Part shown: in pieces, positions 37,901-50,520 of the stretch
How the letters are laid out: the number at the start of each line of letters is the position of its first letter
Numbering within the stretch: position 1 is the first letter of the stretch
DNA from: Bigelowiella natans CCMP2755
Lineage: Eukaryota > Protista > Cercozoa
Length of the DNA stretch: 64,000 nt
Direction: 5' to 3'
Assembly: GCA_000320545.1 (NCBI GenBank)
Contig: ADNK01000862.1
Coordinates: 124,001 to 188,000 of the forward strand
Position numbers and translations under genes: made by a program
Notes under the pieces: model-generated
The model's input: the letters and a program-made list of their open reading frames with translations, nothing else
Told to the model about the DNA's origin: nothing
Databases searched by the model: none

Positions 37901-40869
37901 CACAATATAAATACACTCCGGCGCTATGAGGCAGGCGATGTCGCCAGCGAAGAGGCAAAGCTGCAGCAGTCTTGTTTTGAGGAAGCAGTAAAGATCTATC
38001 ACGAGATCATAGACGCTACTAACCCCAGCAAAGCTGAGGAAGAAAAGGAAGAAGATCAGGATTCAGCTCCGCCTACACAGCAGCGTTATTCCATTCACAA
38101 CCTTCATATGCAGATTCGTTGCCTCCTTGCATGCGCCGAGGTGGAAGAAGCTCGCTTGCTCTTATCTAATGCTGTAGAGCTTGTGGAGCGCGCCGCAGAC
38201 CTGCTTGCCCAGGCTGACGAATCTATCGAAGCAAAGAATTCAAAGAAGCTGCCTCCTCGACGCGAAAGCCTTTCACGTGCTGCGCCGGGAATAAGGGACT
38301 GGAATGAGGTGAAGATGATGCTGTTGCGACTCCTCATGAAACAAGGTCGAATGGAGGAGGCTCAGGCCTTAATATCCGCAATCGCTCCTAATGTTGATCG
38401 TGTCCATGACTCCGCTAGCCTCACGCAAATAGAATTAGCGCGGTTAGCCATGCAGATGTTTAAGGGAGCTCCTCTCCAAGAAACTCTTTCTACGGCTGGG
38501 CGGCTCTGGGAGCTTTTCACCGCGAGCTGCGTCGACCCCGTCCCGGAGTTCATGAAGAGCATTAGTCTCAAGAAGAAAAAGCGAAAGCACAAGCAACAGA
38601 AAAATGGGATTGAGGAGGCTGCAGGCTCATTGACCCAGCTCAAGTGGGTACGTTTGCCAGCAGTCTCCGAAATGCCTACGCTAGGGTTTCAATATGGGCG
38701 TGGTCTTATGTTCCTCTCTCATACGTTGGCCAGCCTGTACAACCTCTGTGGTGAGGATCATGATGAAGGCAAGGATGAAGGGAAAGGGGAAGGGGGAGGA
38801 GGAGGAGCAGGACGCGGCATCAAATGGGATACACTTGTTGTAGCGGAGCAAGCAGAGCTCATGTTTCAGATAGTTTCAAGCACGTTTGGTGTCGATATCT
38901 CCCCTGCCTTAATGGCCGACTTGCAAGAGAGCTTCGACAGGAAGGTAGCAAAGACCCTAGTCGCTGCAGATGATGCATCGCTAGAGGAGGAGGAAAAGGG
39001 TGGAGAAGGGAAAGAGGAACGCAAGGCGGAGATTGATGCTAGGGCGGAACTGAAACGCGGTGTGAATCCATGCCTGGAGAAATACAGTTCGAAGCCAATG
39101 AAGCTGCCGATCAACATCCACCTTCCATATGTGTTCAACATGGTGGCCAGCACACTCCAGTTCGCCGGTGCGCTCGCAGCGCAGGGACATCTGGAAGAGG
39201 CGCTTGCAAAAGCCGTTTGTGCTGAGAGGTATTCGATGATGTGCGCGTCCGTTGATCCACTTTTCCAAGCTCGATCCAATGCCCTCATCGCCTGCATCTT
39301 GTGGGCACGGGTGGAAACGCTAGCTCAGATCTCCCAAACAAAATCTGCAGAGCGCCACGCCTCCCTCGCTCATATTGAGAGAGGTGCGGCAATTCCGCGC
39401 CCCACGACGAGCAAGCACATGCCCGATCGAACGCTAGAGCAGTCGCACAAGTTGCTGACGGCACAGCTCAGGGAGATAATGAGAAGACTCATTCAAGCTG
39501 CAGAAGCGCATATCGCGTACGACAACGACCTTGATGCAATCCATCTTTGCTTTGCCACTGCAGCCGAGGTTCATAGATTCGCTGCCGACAACCTGGTTTT
39601 GTCTGAAAAGGACAACGACGAAAGAAGGCGGCGGATGATGGCAAAGGAGGTGAGATATCTGCAGAGGACGCGAAGGATGGGCTCTCCCTTCTGATAGACC
39701 CCAATCTTTCCCATTTTTTTATGCTCAAGGCTACCCAAGCCCTCAGGCAGAAGGAACAGTTGGCGAATAGTGTGTGGGGCGGCGGCAACAGTGGAGGTGA
39801 TGCGATGGCCACAAGTCCCTTGCAAAATGTCGACCAGCTGCCGATGTTTATTGTCAATGAGATCAAAGAGATTGGTACCCTCAACCAGGCACTCTGCAAA
39901 GCCCAGTTGGTGCAGGGTGGGAAGGGTAGCCGCAATTCGCCTGACATGGACAAGAAGAAAGGTAAGAATGATCAGGGAGCTATTGAGGTGACATCGCGTA
40001 GAGTACTTCAGTATCTTCAGATGCTTCGCTATCAGAACGCGGCGATCGCTGATACGGCCCACGCTGAAAAGGTTTTGCTCGATCAGAAGGTCTGCGCGCT
40101 ACACCACTATTTGGTGACGAATTTCGCCCCTTACAAGGAACGGTGCTGCTTTGAGGCTGCAGCGCTCCAATACAGTGCTGAGCCCTCGCTTCCTCCCAGC
40201 CTGAAGGGAGGGGAGGGGAGTTTCAACGACTGGAAGGAAGCATGTACAAAGCCAGGCTTTGTGTGCGTACAATGGGTGCATCCGAAGGCAGAGACCTTCA
40301 GGACCTGTGTGGGGCCTACAGACTGTGCAACTACTTCCGGGCGTGTATCTATGATCTACTTGATTGTGTCCGCTGCAGCAGAAGCCAAGGAGGGAGCAGA
40401 AGGTGACGATAGTCAGCAGCAACAAAGACAGCGCGGCTGCGCGTCCTTCCCACGGGAGGCAGTCGTTGATATATGTAACTTGGCCGGGGATATACGGGTG
40501 CTGATCGAAGAGGAGCAGCAAGAGAAGCAACACGCAGATGTCTCCGGGTTTAGATCAACTGCGATTGAGCGCAAGCGGAGGATTGACCAGCAGACGGAGA
40601 TGTTCAGCGCTCTGATGCAAAAGATTGCGCTGCTAATGACAGGCTCTTCTACGGATACGTGTCGAGGATATCTCGCCGAGGAGGAAATGAAGGCTGCGTG
40701 TGATAAATTATTTAGTAATGAAGAAGAAGCAATAAGACTGCGCAACATTCTGCAGATAGAGAAGTCCTTCCAGGTTGGCCTTGGAGCCGCGATTGTTAAC
40801 GATGACCTACAGAAAGTGCTGGCTCGTTTGCTTAGAGCGCGTGGGGCTGCCGCCAGTAGCAACTCGTAG
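28176..40869 (+). CDS. CFAP54: Cilia- and flagella-associated protein 54-like (large, multi-exon; 5' end approximate)
   Basis: LLYNGSCH...VEFLTFSVISIETSVPLLTARYVPWRTRLY matches the CFAP54 N-terminal domain. PAPLLVTRS...YGKEA...YSFAV...IGATSKPI and AWIQLQN are also characteristic. The long ORFs 29085-30755, 30923-34990, 36683-39694 and 39721-40869 are linked by GT-AG introns. Confidence 0.82.
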
Positions 40870-41168
40870 CATTAATAAGCTGGCGATGGTTAAGAACTTT
40901 CATGTCATTCAGAGGCAGAATGTGTACATGCATTGCTACTACTACCTGCACAATCGTGTGAGATGAAAGCTTGACCATGCAGGCAATAAATTCAGCTACA
41001 TTGTTCAAACTAACATGCTAGTGATGACGACACCTCCGTGAAGGAATCTCATCAACTCTGAAACCCAATGGAGAAACACATTTTGTGCATGATAGACATG
41101 CAGCGGCTACAGCGCTGAGGTTACACATCTATTTGTCTCTTCTAATATGTACATATGTATACATATAC

Positions 41169-41209
<41 letters not shown>

Positions 41210-41221
41210 AATACATATATG

Positions 41222-41262
<41 letters not shown>

Positions 41263-41879
41263 CATGGCATTTAAAAGCATCTGGTACGTATTCGCTTGTC
41301 GATGGCGTGCAGCACGCGCAGCGTCCGTGCTTCTTTTTCATCTTCAGTCAAGCGTTTCGTCTCATCGCGTTTCGATTCATGATGGCTTTCAGTTCTATGC
41401 ACAGTTGGTTTCGTAATCTGTTTTGTTGGTGGCCGGTCGCATGCATGCTTCACATTGAAGAAAATGATCTAGTGACATGAAGTGTAAATAACCGCAAAAA
41501 CACGTGGGGTACTATAGCATTATGCTGTGTCTCCGTGAGCTAAATCATGTGATTCATGCAATTTGATAATAATAAAGCATGTCATGCATCGATAGATTGA
41601 TAGGTGTCCATGCCATGTGATTGCCACACACGTGCATAATCCTGTCGTCATTGCACATCACGTATCGTACGGACATGCGTGTAAGAGCGGTCCGTGCTTC
41701 GACACAATGCATTCATTCTGACAAAAAAATTCCAAAAGCTAAGTCTACACGCTAGCAGCTGATGATCTATCTACAATTGGATCAGCCGAAGGAGTACACA
41801 GGGGTCAAGTCACAAGATTTAAAGGAGTCAAACCATGAGTAAAGGAGTAGCAGGCAGGCGAGCCATGCACTGATCAAGG

Positions 41880-43180
41880 CCAACCTTGCACTAGAGAGGA
41901 GTCCATTTCTAGCGTCATCCAGATGCCAGAGATGGATGAGGTGATTCACACTTTGAACTACACCAGCATTGGGGCAAATCGAAAAGGAAGGAGGCAGCCT
42001 CTTGTGAATTCTGGCGGCCCGGTGATCTTCAGTGCGCATCACACGTTCCTGCTCGCAATTGAATTTTCAGAATCACTTCTGTCATGTCATGCCAATCATT
42101 CACGTGTCATGGTTGTGATGCATCTTGTGCATCCTTCCGTCTCCCAATTTCGTGGTGAATTGAGCCTGACGCCTTGATTCCAGGAGCCGAAGTTGGAGCA
42201 CTACTTGGCCCTTCTCCGAAGCGAACATGAGAAGGGAGCTAATTCTTTTCCCCCCTCCTGTTCAGTCATGCTCACAACAGACACAGCAATGCACTGCGTG
42301 TGTCATGCATGTTGTGCATTGCATGTCCATCATGATCACTGTCCGAGCAGCAAATCCAGACCAACTGATTGCTCTGTTGTGATGAGAGGACCTAGATTGC
42401 TAGATTGGGACCTAGTGAACAGGGAAAAACAGCACGCAACGACATCATCAAGCAGACATCGTGGAGACAAACACAGAAGGTGCAAAAATTGAAGCAGTGG
42501 AATCTCTCGGAAAGGGTCCATTGGTCAAATTGTTCGTGAACTCATGTGATGATGTGCAAAGTTGCCAAACTCTCAAATTGCATGTCAGGGAAGTTGCGCT
42601 CACGAATCAGGGCGTGTGAAAACAGAAGAAATCGCAAAATGGTGGACCCTTCAAGACCACCATGTTGTGTCATCAAAACATTCGGAGTGAGAATGGAACA
42701 CAACAAGGCACCACGTCATCGAACTCGCGTGTTTCACATGACGTGCGCATGCCGTGCTCACCACACCACAGTCAACGCAAGTTCGAATGTGCCGACATCA
42801 TCGTGCATGTGTGGACAAGCAAGGCTGACATCTTGAGCAATCGATTGTTCATTCGCACATGAATGATGTGCAACGTGATGGCACGATGGCTACATCATGC
42901 ACATTCAAGCAATGCGGAAGCAACAACGTGTGCGATCATTCAGATCACTTGCATCGCATTGCGTAGACGTGAGGCGTGAGCTTGCAAATTCATCATTGTG
43001 CACATGGCATGTCTAGATGTTTGAAACATGGAGCATGCCCATCATTGACAATGCACGAACTGTGCATTCAAAACTCAAAACTGTGCTGCTACCCTAGCAC
43101 CCGCTAGCCGGTCGGCTATGTGCAATGATGCACTTTGATCAGGAATGTCGCTGTTGCTACGACATCACATGATTTTTGAA
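41880..43180. pseudogene. TpA-depleted island, probably a decayed gene or transposon fragment
   Basis: About 16 TA dinucleotides in 1.3 kb, all in CTA or TAG context. A protein-like remnant ADIVETNTEGAKIEAVESLGKGPLVKLFVNSCDDVQSCQTLKLHVREVAL lies at about 42450-42605, flanked by stops. Confidence 0.5.
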
Positions 43181-43215
43181 ATGAAATTTACAAGCAATTT
43201 GTCATCAAATTGAAC

Positions 43216-45614
43216 TCATTCTCTGCTGGTTCCAGCACGCTGTGCATGCTTAAACACTTCTGCCACGGCTTTTATATTTCTCCGATTTACTTCTACACTT
43301 TTGACTTCTTCTTTTAGCCCCTTCTCAATATTCTTGAACCAGTTTACATCACGATTCGGGTCCGGTGCTCTGTTAGGTTGAGCCGGAGAATAGCCATCTC
43401 CAAGCAATGTAATGCAAACTCCCTTCTGAGGTATTCGATCCTGGTCTATACGACCGCATCTTCCCATTCGATGAAGGTGGTTTACCTGTGTAAGAGCTGC
43501 TTCGAAGTTGATGACTACACTAACATCTGGAAGATTGAAGCCCCTCGAGAGTACGCCGAAGGTGCACATCACAATTTTGTGGCAACCTTCACTGAATTCT
43601 TGCACGACCTAATGACAGTCATTGGTGACATGATGACATGAAAGTGGTTGTCATCAATCGGTGGGAAGCACCGCAAACCCTCCTCGAGTCACGGTGATCA
43701 AACATGAAAAAGCATTTCTATGTACCTTCTTACGAGCACTAGTCCCCAATCCTCCGTGCAATACGAGCACTTTCGTGTCCTTCATGTCTTCATGTTTTTT
43801 CACAAACTGATCCAGTAGACCAAGTGAAGCATGACTGTTACAAAATACGATGCATTGTCCCATATCTGGTGTATCCTGTTATTTGTTAATGTTGGCAAGC
43901 CTCTGTTAGAATCTACATTTGTAGCTACACAATGTTCGCTGAATGGACCAAAAAATCATCAAATGTTGCGTCGACAACGAGGAATTATCGTTGGGTTCAA
44001 ATTGAATCTCACCCACAGTTACATCTACAATCTTACAATTTCTCATATTTCAACATGGAAAAATGGATAGCATAGCTAAACCATTCCTCTCTTGCTCAAC
44101 TCACACCTTGCTATGAACAATACTTATCTCTGACAGCGGGAGGGGGGTAGTCAGGCTTCATGGTCCATATTTTGATGGTACTTACCGATTGGAATCCGTA
44201 GAGGTCAACAAGAAATTGCATTTTGTTTTTGAAGTCGCTACACTAACAATGAAGAGAGATTTCCTCGTTATACTACTGGTATTAACACAACTCATGCACG
44301 TCATGAGCCTGTGGAATGTATTCGAATACCCGCGACAATATCATGGAACATATTACCTTTATTTTGAATTTTTTGATATGATTTCCTGCCAAGTCTTTGG
44401 TGGTGGTAAGTCGCACAATGTCGTAACCGGGCCCAGGCTTAGGGTCAGACTTAGGCTTAGGCTTAGGCGTAGGCTTAGGCTTAGGCTTAGGCTTAGGCTT
44501 AGGCACGTAATCGGGATCAAGAATCATTTTGAAGCCCCTGAGAATAGATTGGTCAGGGTTACTTGGAAGTCTGACCAGCTCCAGTATATGCAATTGTCTT
44601 TATAAACATTTCAGAGCAATTTATGTCAAAGCAATGTGCAATGTTTCCAGTCCTATCACAAGTTTCATCTTTCTTTTGTATTGGGAGAATAATACCTTAT
44701 CCGCTTCGTCCACCACGATCAGGTCGATATCCTAATGACCAATAATGATGAAAATTAGTAAGATCTTCATCAATTAAAAGACCTAATCACCCTCCCTTTT
44801 TTCCAGCTGTTACCTTTCCTTTGAAATTCCGTTTTTTAACCATGTTGAACAGAGTTCCAACGGTCCCGACTAACACACCATGGAGGAACAGAGTTCCAAG
44901 AAACAAAATTAATAAGGAAATCAATTAAATAAAGAGGAACACCGTCGTTAGCTATATCAACGTTCAATATATATGGAAGAAAATTTAACATTTGGATGAC
45001 ATATTACCGATGATGTGTATTACCGATGATATGTGGATCCCCCTCTTCCACCTCATTATTGATTTTTTTAATCTCGCCTCGAAAGGCAGTCCAGACACGT
45101 ACATCATTTCCAGCCAGCCTACATTTTTGTTCATTAGAAGTGCATTGCTATCAACATTGTTGCCCTTCCATCCAAATAAATAATCATGTTTGTAGGTCAG
45201 TGTGGAGAGATGCGAGAGCTAAAGAAGAGTGGAAGATCGAGAGTAAGTCACTCACTTAGACATTTCTTTTGCAGTCTGTATTGTCAACTCCATGGTGTCG
45301 CAAAAGACTAAAGCTTGTAATCCTCGGTTGAGATCTAGCTTCCTCAGAATGGCGAAACAAAACATTCCCGTTTTCCCTGAACCCATCTCAGCTTGTGCCA
45401 CTATGTGTTTCTCAGATTTAGCTTCTTCATTGGAAGACAATTTCTTCAGGACTTCCACTTGAATCCTTGTAGGACCTGATTCCCATCCCAGAACTCTCTC
45501 GGCGTTAGTTATGTATTTTTCTGGAATGAAATCTTTGACGTCTTTCCAATTCTCGCCTTCGGCTAAGCTGAGGTTTTGCAGTTTTGTTTGCAATTCTGGT
45601 GTGGTCTCGGTCAT
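43216..45614 (-). CDS. Divergent DEAD-box RNA helicase, DDX19/Dbp5-eIF4A-like, multi-exon
   Basis: Motifs PTRIQ, AQAEMGSGKT, DTMELTIQ, VGT, VVDEAD, QCIVFC, LHGG, VLSRGFN.PDV..VINF and HRMGRCGR. Motif III (SAT) was not found. Confidence 0.78.
44451..44504 (+). repeat. (TTAGGC)9 hexamer array encoding (PK)n on the minus strand
   Basis: Nine tandem units, one of them a GTAGGC variant, read as PKPKPKPKPKPTPKPKPK in the helicase frame. Confidence 0.9.
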
Positions 45615-46358
45615 GGTTTATGAAAAGTTACTTGAGTGATGTGGGGCCTTGAGTTGTGTGATGAACTCGTACACTTCTCTAATATCAGATCAAGCCAATT
45701 CCTTTTCAGATCAAGCAGCTGTGGAATCTACGGGATTTCAAAATCCGATTTTTCCCTGAATCAACTTTTACTTGATGTCGTAAGATGAAAATTTTGGACA
45801 TTGACTTGCTGAATGCAGGACAGCTTTTCTATTCTCAAATCTGAGATGAAAATCTTTCTCCCTTTTCGGAGCCGAACCTATTAAAGACGTGTCAAAAATG
45901 CATTTTTTTGGTTTTTTTTTATCGGCAAACGCATATTTTAGGTGTCTTTCGTATTTTATACATGTCGTTAATAAGGTACACAGGGAAAACAGCCTGACAC
46001 ATCTTCGGAGATTGTCGTAGGTTCAAAATGCAACACCGCATCCAATTCGACCATTGTCGCAGTCGAAAAATCTCATTGTATTTCCACCATCGGTTCGGCT
46101 TTGGATGAGAAGGAGAAGGAATCCGGAATCTCACCAAACCAAAAACAAACACACCGGTCGTGTAAGACATAACCCATTAGGCTTCGCAATCGCCCTTCAC
46201 CCGCAACCACGCGAGAGTTTATCGCTACCAGGTATCTTTGATCATTAAGGGAAACGTCCAATTGACAAGATGGGATTTTGTGGCTTTTTCACGATGGACT
46301 TCATAGCTCGATTGAATGATGGAGAGGGAGAATAAATGGAGGAGAGAATGTGAGAGAA

Positions 46359-46453
<95 letters not shown>

Positions 46454-46964
46454 TCAGGGAAAAGGTAGAGATCCCCATTGGGTAAATGGCACTGACCAGC
46501 AGCAGCAGCATATGCTCACTGCTGTTGGTCATGGTGCATGAGGTTCGACTCCTCGTGGGATCGCGAGGGGGCAGCCGGACGGCTAAAACCGGATGGGATT
46601 TGCCCCCTTCAAGACTTGAGGTGTCTTCCCATTGTGGAGGCTTAAAAGGTGGCATGCCAGGAATGGTGTGTGATTCAGCTTCCTCAAGGTAGCTACTGGT
46701 GATCGAGAAGGGCCAGTTAAGGGACAAAGGTGAAAGCCTTAGCCCACGACGAACAATGTTCGTTCACCTTCTGTTGAATTCATTATTTGCAAAGGGTACC
46801 TCTTCTTTGCATCTTATCTTTGAGGGAACAAAATTGAAAATAACAACAGCAACAACAACAACACCATCAATGCCAAGAACAAGAAAAACGATAATGCTTC
46901 TCAAAACCCTGCAGCTATCGATCGATCTGAACCTAGTAAGCAACAGGACCAGCAAGTAAAACAA

Positions 46965-48224
46965 GTGCAAAACAAGGATCAATGGCATGATGACGAAAAA
47001 TCATCGTCTGAGCTACGAACTAGTGAAAACAAAAGAATGCCAGTATCCAATGATGAAAGCAAGGAAAGTTTCACAGCTGAGGAATCCTTCGACAAGATGG
47101 GTCTTCCGCTAAAGGTACTGAGAGGAATTTATACTTATGGCTTCGAGAAGCCTTCCCCCATTCAACAACGTGCAATCAAGCCAATCATTAGTGGCCGTGA
47201 TGTCATAGCACAAGCACAGGCTGGAACAGGGAAAACAGGAGCGTTTGTCATCGGCGGCTTGGCAAGAGTTGATCCCAAGTTTCGAGAGACACAGATCCTT
47301 GTTGTATCTCCTACGAGGGAGTTGGCTAGACAGTCGCATAAAGTTGCTAAATGCTTGTCGGATTACACCGACATCACCATGCATCTTTGTGTGGGAGGCA
47401 CGAGAGTATCAGAGGACAAAGCGACCTTCCGTCACGGTGTGCAAATGGCCTTTGGAACTCCAGGAAGAATCAACCACCTGCTGCGCACTCGGATCTTGAG
47501 GACCGACAATGTGAAGATGATTGTTGTCGATGAGGCCGATGAAATGCTTTCCCAGGGGTTCGAAGAACAGATCTACGACATCTTTGGCAGTCTCAACCAG
47601 GATGTGCAAGTAGTCCTAGTTTCGGCCACTATGCCAGCAGAGGTGCTACAGCTCACGGAGAGGTTCATGCGCGACCCTGTAAAGATGCTGATAAAGCAGT
47701 CAGCGATAAGCCTCGAGGGCATCAAGCAATTCTACATAGCACTGGACAACCGAGACTGGAAATTGCCGACACTACTGGACATTTACAAGGAAATCAGCAT
47801 CAACCAGAGCATCATCTTCGCCAACACGAGGAGCACGGTGAAATGGCTACAAGATGAGCTCACTCGAAAAGATCATGTGGTGAGTGCCATCCATGGTGAC
47901 ATGGAAGATCAGGAGAGAAAGAATGTCGTGAAAGACTTCCGAAGAGGGAGTTCGCGTGTTCTAATCTCCACAGATATTCTTGCTCGAGGAATAGATTTTC
48001 AGAATCTCAGCTTGGTAATCAACTTTGATCTTCCAAGAGAAAAAGCAAACTACATCCACCGAATCGGACGCGCTGGAAGATATGGGCGCAAAGGGCTGGC
48101 AATCAACTTTGTGACCGATCGTGATGCTCGCTGGATGAAGGAGCTGGAAGCTTTCTACGACTTTAGCTGGAAAGAAATGCCTAACAACATTCGGAGCATA
48201 TGCGAGCAGAGCTGCTCTTCGTAA
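46965..48224 (+). CDS. eIF4A: eIF4A-like DEAD-box helicase; intronless core, true start may lie upstream
   Basis: Motifs GFEKPSPIQQRAI, AQAGTGKT, PTRELA, GTPGR, DEAD, SAT, LEGIKQFY, ARGID and YIHRIGRAGRYGRKG. Confidence 0.93.
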   Translation: MQNKDQWHDDEKSSSELRTSENKRMPVSNDESKESFTAEESFDKMGLPLKVLRGIYTYGFEKPSPIQQRAIKPIISGRDVIAQAQAGTGKTGAFVIGGLARVDPKFRETQILVVSPTRELARQSHKVAKCLSDYTDITMHLCVGGTRVSEDKATFRHGVQMAFGTPGRINHLLRTRILRTDNVKMIVVDEADEMLSQGFEEQIYDIFGSLNQDVQVVLVSATMPAEVLQLTERFMRDPVKMLIKQSAISLEGIKQFYIALDNRDWKLPTLLDIYKEISINQSIIFANTRSTVKWLQDELTRKDHVVSAIHGDMEDQERKNVVKDFRRGSSRVLISTDILARGIDFQNLSLVINFDLPREKANYIHRIGRAGRYGRKGLAINFVTDRDARWMKELEAFYDFSWKEMPNNIRSICEQSCSS

Positions 48225-48617
48225 TTAGTTTAATCATCACCTATAGCATCTTCATATTTCAGTGCATTTGTCGCTAAATGGGTCCTTGAAATTGAAAAAT
48301 AGAATCTTGCCTGAACACTAGAGCATGCATTTTAATTAAAGTTGTACATGTATCATGGGAACATCGGCGTAACCCTGGAATTACCGTCTTAGACGGTGCG
48401 CCTAATTAGTTTATGATAAACTTTCTTCAGGCTTATGATTGATTAATTATGCAGTAATCCAGTTATTACTACTACTATTTACTTCTGCCACTACTACTAG
48501 CACTACTAGCACTACTAGTACCGCCAACTTCTAGTATCTCTCCATGTGTGAAAGGCCTTAATGAGCGTCAAGTGATCGCTTCGACCCTGGTGTATGTCAT
48601 CATATCGGGGCAATTAA

Positions 48618-48673
<56 letters not shown>

Positions 48674-48970
48674 TATATGCATATACTACTCTACCTACAA
48701 CATGTCTTCTAACAACATACTGTTTTGAAGAAGATTCACCGTAGCTACACATTGCAACTAGCAACTAACTAAGCTACCACTACTAACAATACTACTTTCT
48801 AGTTGCAGCATCACTAAAATTGCTATGTGTCAAGAGAGCGAAGAAAGAGGTGCATTGTTGTGTGTTTGTGTGTAAATTGCAGAAGAAAATGTGGCTCTAC
48901 GCGCCTCCCATGCCTTTAGTTACACACATCATCGTGTGAAAGACAAGAAGCTACTACCTGTTGTTGCCTA

Positions 48971-49488
48971 CTACCTGCTACTGCTACTATCCTGTATGCT
49001 AGGTGTTGCATTCTTTGGCTTCATCTCATAAACCTGATTCCATGAGCGGAGGCGAGACTGCATTGGGGCATGTGAAAACTTACAACTGACGCCGTAACGA
49101 CAAGAACCCCCCCTTGCCCAGAAGCGGCAAACCCCCCACCCCGCTGCTGAGCGGTGGCTGGAGCTGTTCCCAACTCTCCCCCTCGCTGCTGTGCGATGGC
49201 TGCCATTGATCTTGAGTTTCCTTTCCTTTTGTTCATTCTTCTTCACGGGGTGATACTATCTTCAATTACTTGCTTGTTTGCTTAGGCCTATGAGTTCTGC
49301 GTCGGCTCAGAAGTTGCGGCTATCCAGACTACCTAGAAGTTGCGGCTCCAAAGAAGTTCCCTGTTTCTTCTCTTCGGCGACTCGCCGAATGACAGATAGT
49401 GCCGGTTTTCCGTTGCAACTCGGCATTTTCCTTGAGTAGTCTCTCGATAATCTCCTTGCGTCTCTGGAGAATCTCCCCCTCTCCCATC
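48971..49488 (-). CDS. Small CCCH zinc-finger protein; gene model uncertain
   Basis: CRFWARGGSCRYGVSCKFSH fits C-x8-C-x5-C-x3-H. A probable upstream coiled-coil exon reads MGEGEILQRRKEIIERLLKENAELQRK. Confidence 0.55.
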
Positions 49489-50399
49489 AAGAAAAGGCAG
49501 CCGCAGCAGCAGCAATTCTTTGTGATGAGGCAGACTAAGGGGCTCCTCCTCAAATGGTTACGTGCACCCTGACCTTCAGTTTCCGCGTATCTTATGCCTT
49601 GTGTATTTCACCAGTGACAAAGTTCTCTTGCAGTTTATCCTGCACCTCGACAGCAAAATGAAACAACGATTTATCATAAAGAAGGTGGTCAACCCTTTGT
49701 TTTCAATCATGTTCTTCTAGCTGATGTGAATCTTGTATTACTCAATTAATAGCTGGATGACGAACACCTTTTTTGTGCACCCCTGCCTGGGCTCGAAGAG
49801 TTAATTCGCGATAAAATGGATGAATGGCAGAATGATTTCATCTTCACAGATGACCACGAAGAATTGCAGGAGTAAACCAGGGTAAATTTCGTGGAGAGAG
49901 TGATGCAAGACAGGGTGAATTCATAGAAGAGTTTCCATCTTAAATTTTTGACACGTATCCAGTAACATCAAAATCACGCCAATGGCATCAAAGGAATGTG
50001 TAAACTCTAACCACAGCGATGTGGTGCGCACATGATGTAGTAGATTGTGATGCAGCGCGTACTAAGCTCCCCATCTTCATACTGAACGACAAGAGACATG
50101 TGTAGGGGAATGAAATGTAGCAACTACATAATGTGCCCACCACCCGTGCAATGGACGTCAAGTCGCATCTAAAACATTTTAATGATGATCATTCCAGTGA
50201 CAGTCCACTCTAGCACTAGAGCACTCTGGCGTAGCAATGATGATGGCAAGCATCGCAGTGTGTGCATGTGCGCTCCACACAAATGCATGCAAACGGAGTC
50301 ATCTAGCTCGCTACATCCTACCATGCACAACTGTGCTCACCCACATGCTAGCATGGCTATGGGTGCATCGCACTGCTAGACTGGCCTGATGTGACTCAT

Positions 50400-50520
50400 T
50401 CTAGAGCCTTTTAAGGCTATAGAGCGTACGCACGTGCGAACATATGTAGTTTAGTACACATGTTCTTTACAACATATGCTCTATGACCCAGTACGCTCTA
50501 GAGCCTTTTAAGGCTATAGA
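50400..50520. repeat. Two copies of an imperfect palindrome TCTAGAGCCTT-TT-AAGGCTATAGA forming a nested fold-back
   Basis: Copies at about 50400-50423 and 50497-50520. The inner arms extend as aaggctatagagcgtac and gtacgctctagagcctt, which are reverse complements with one mismatch. Confidence 0.7.

Noticed and set aside
4321-40862. Numerous antisense and alternate-frame ORFs, including poly-HT, CV, RE and YI peptides
   Set aside because: They are shadows of GC-rich coding exons or translations of intronic microsatellites, with no domain motifs.
44439-44504. True telomere or chromosome end
   Set aside because: It is short, internal, and appears to lie in frame within a helicase exon.
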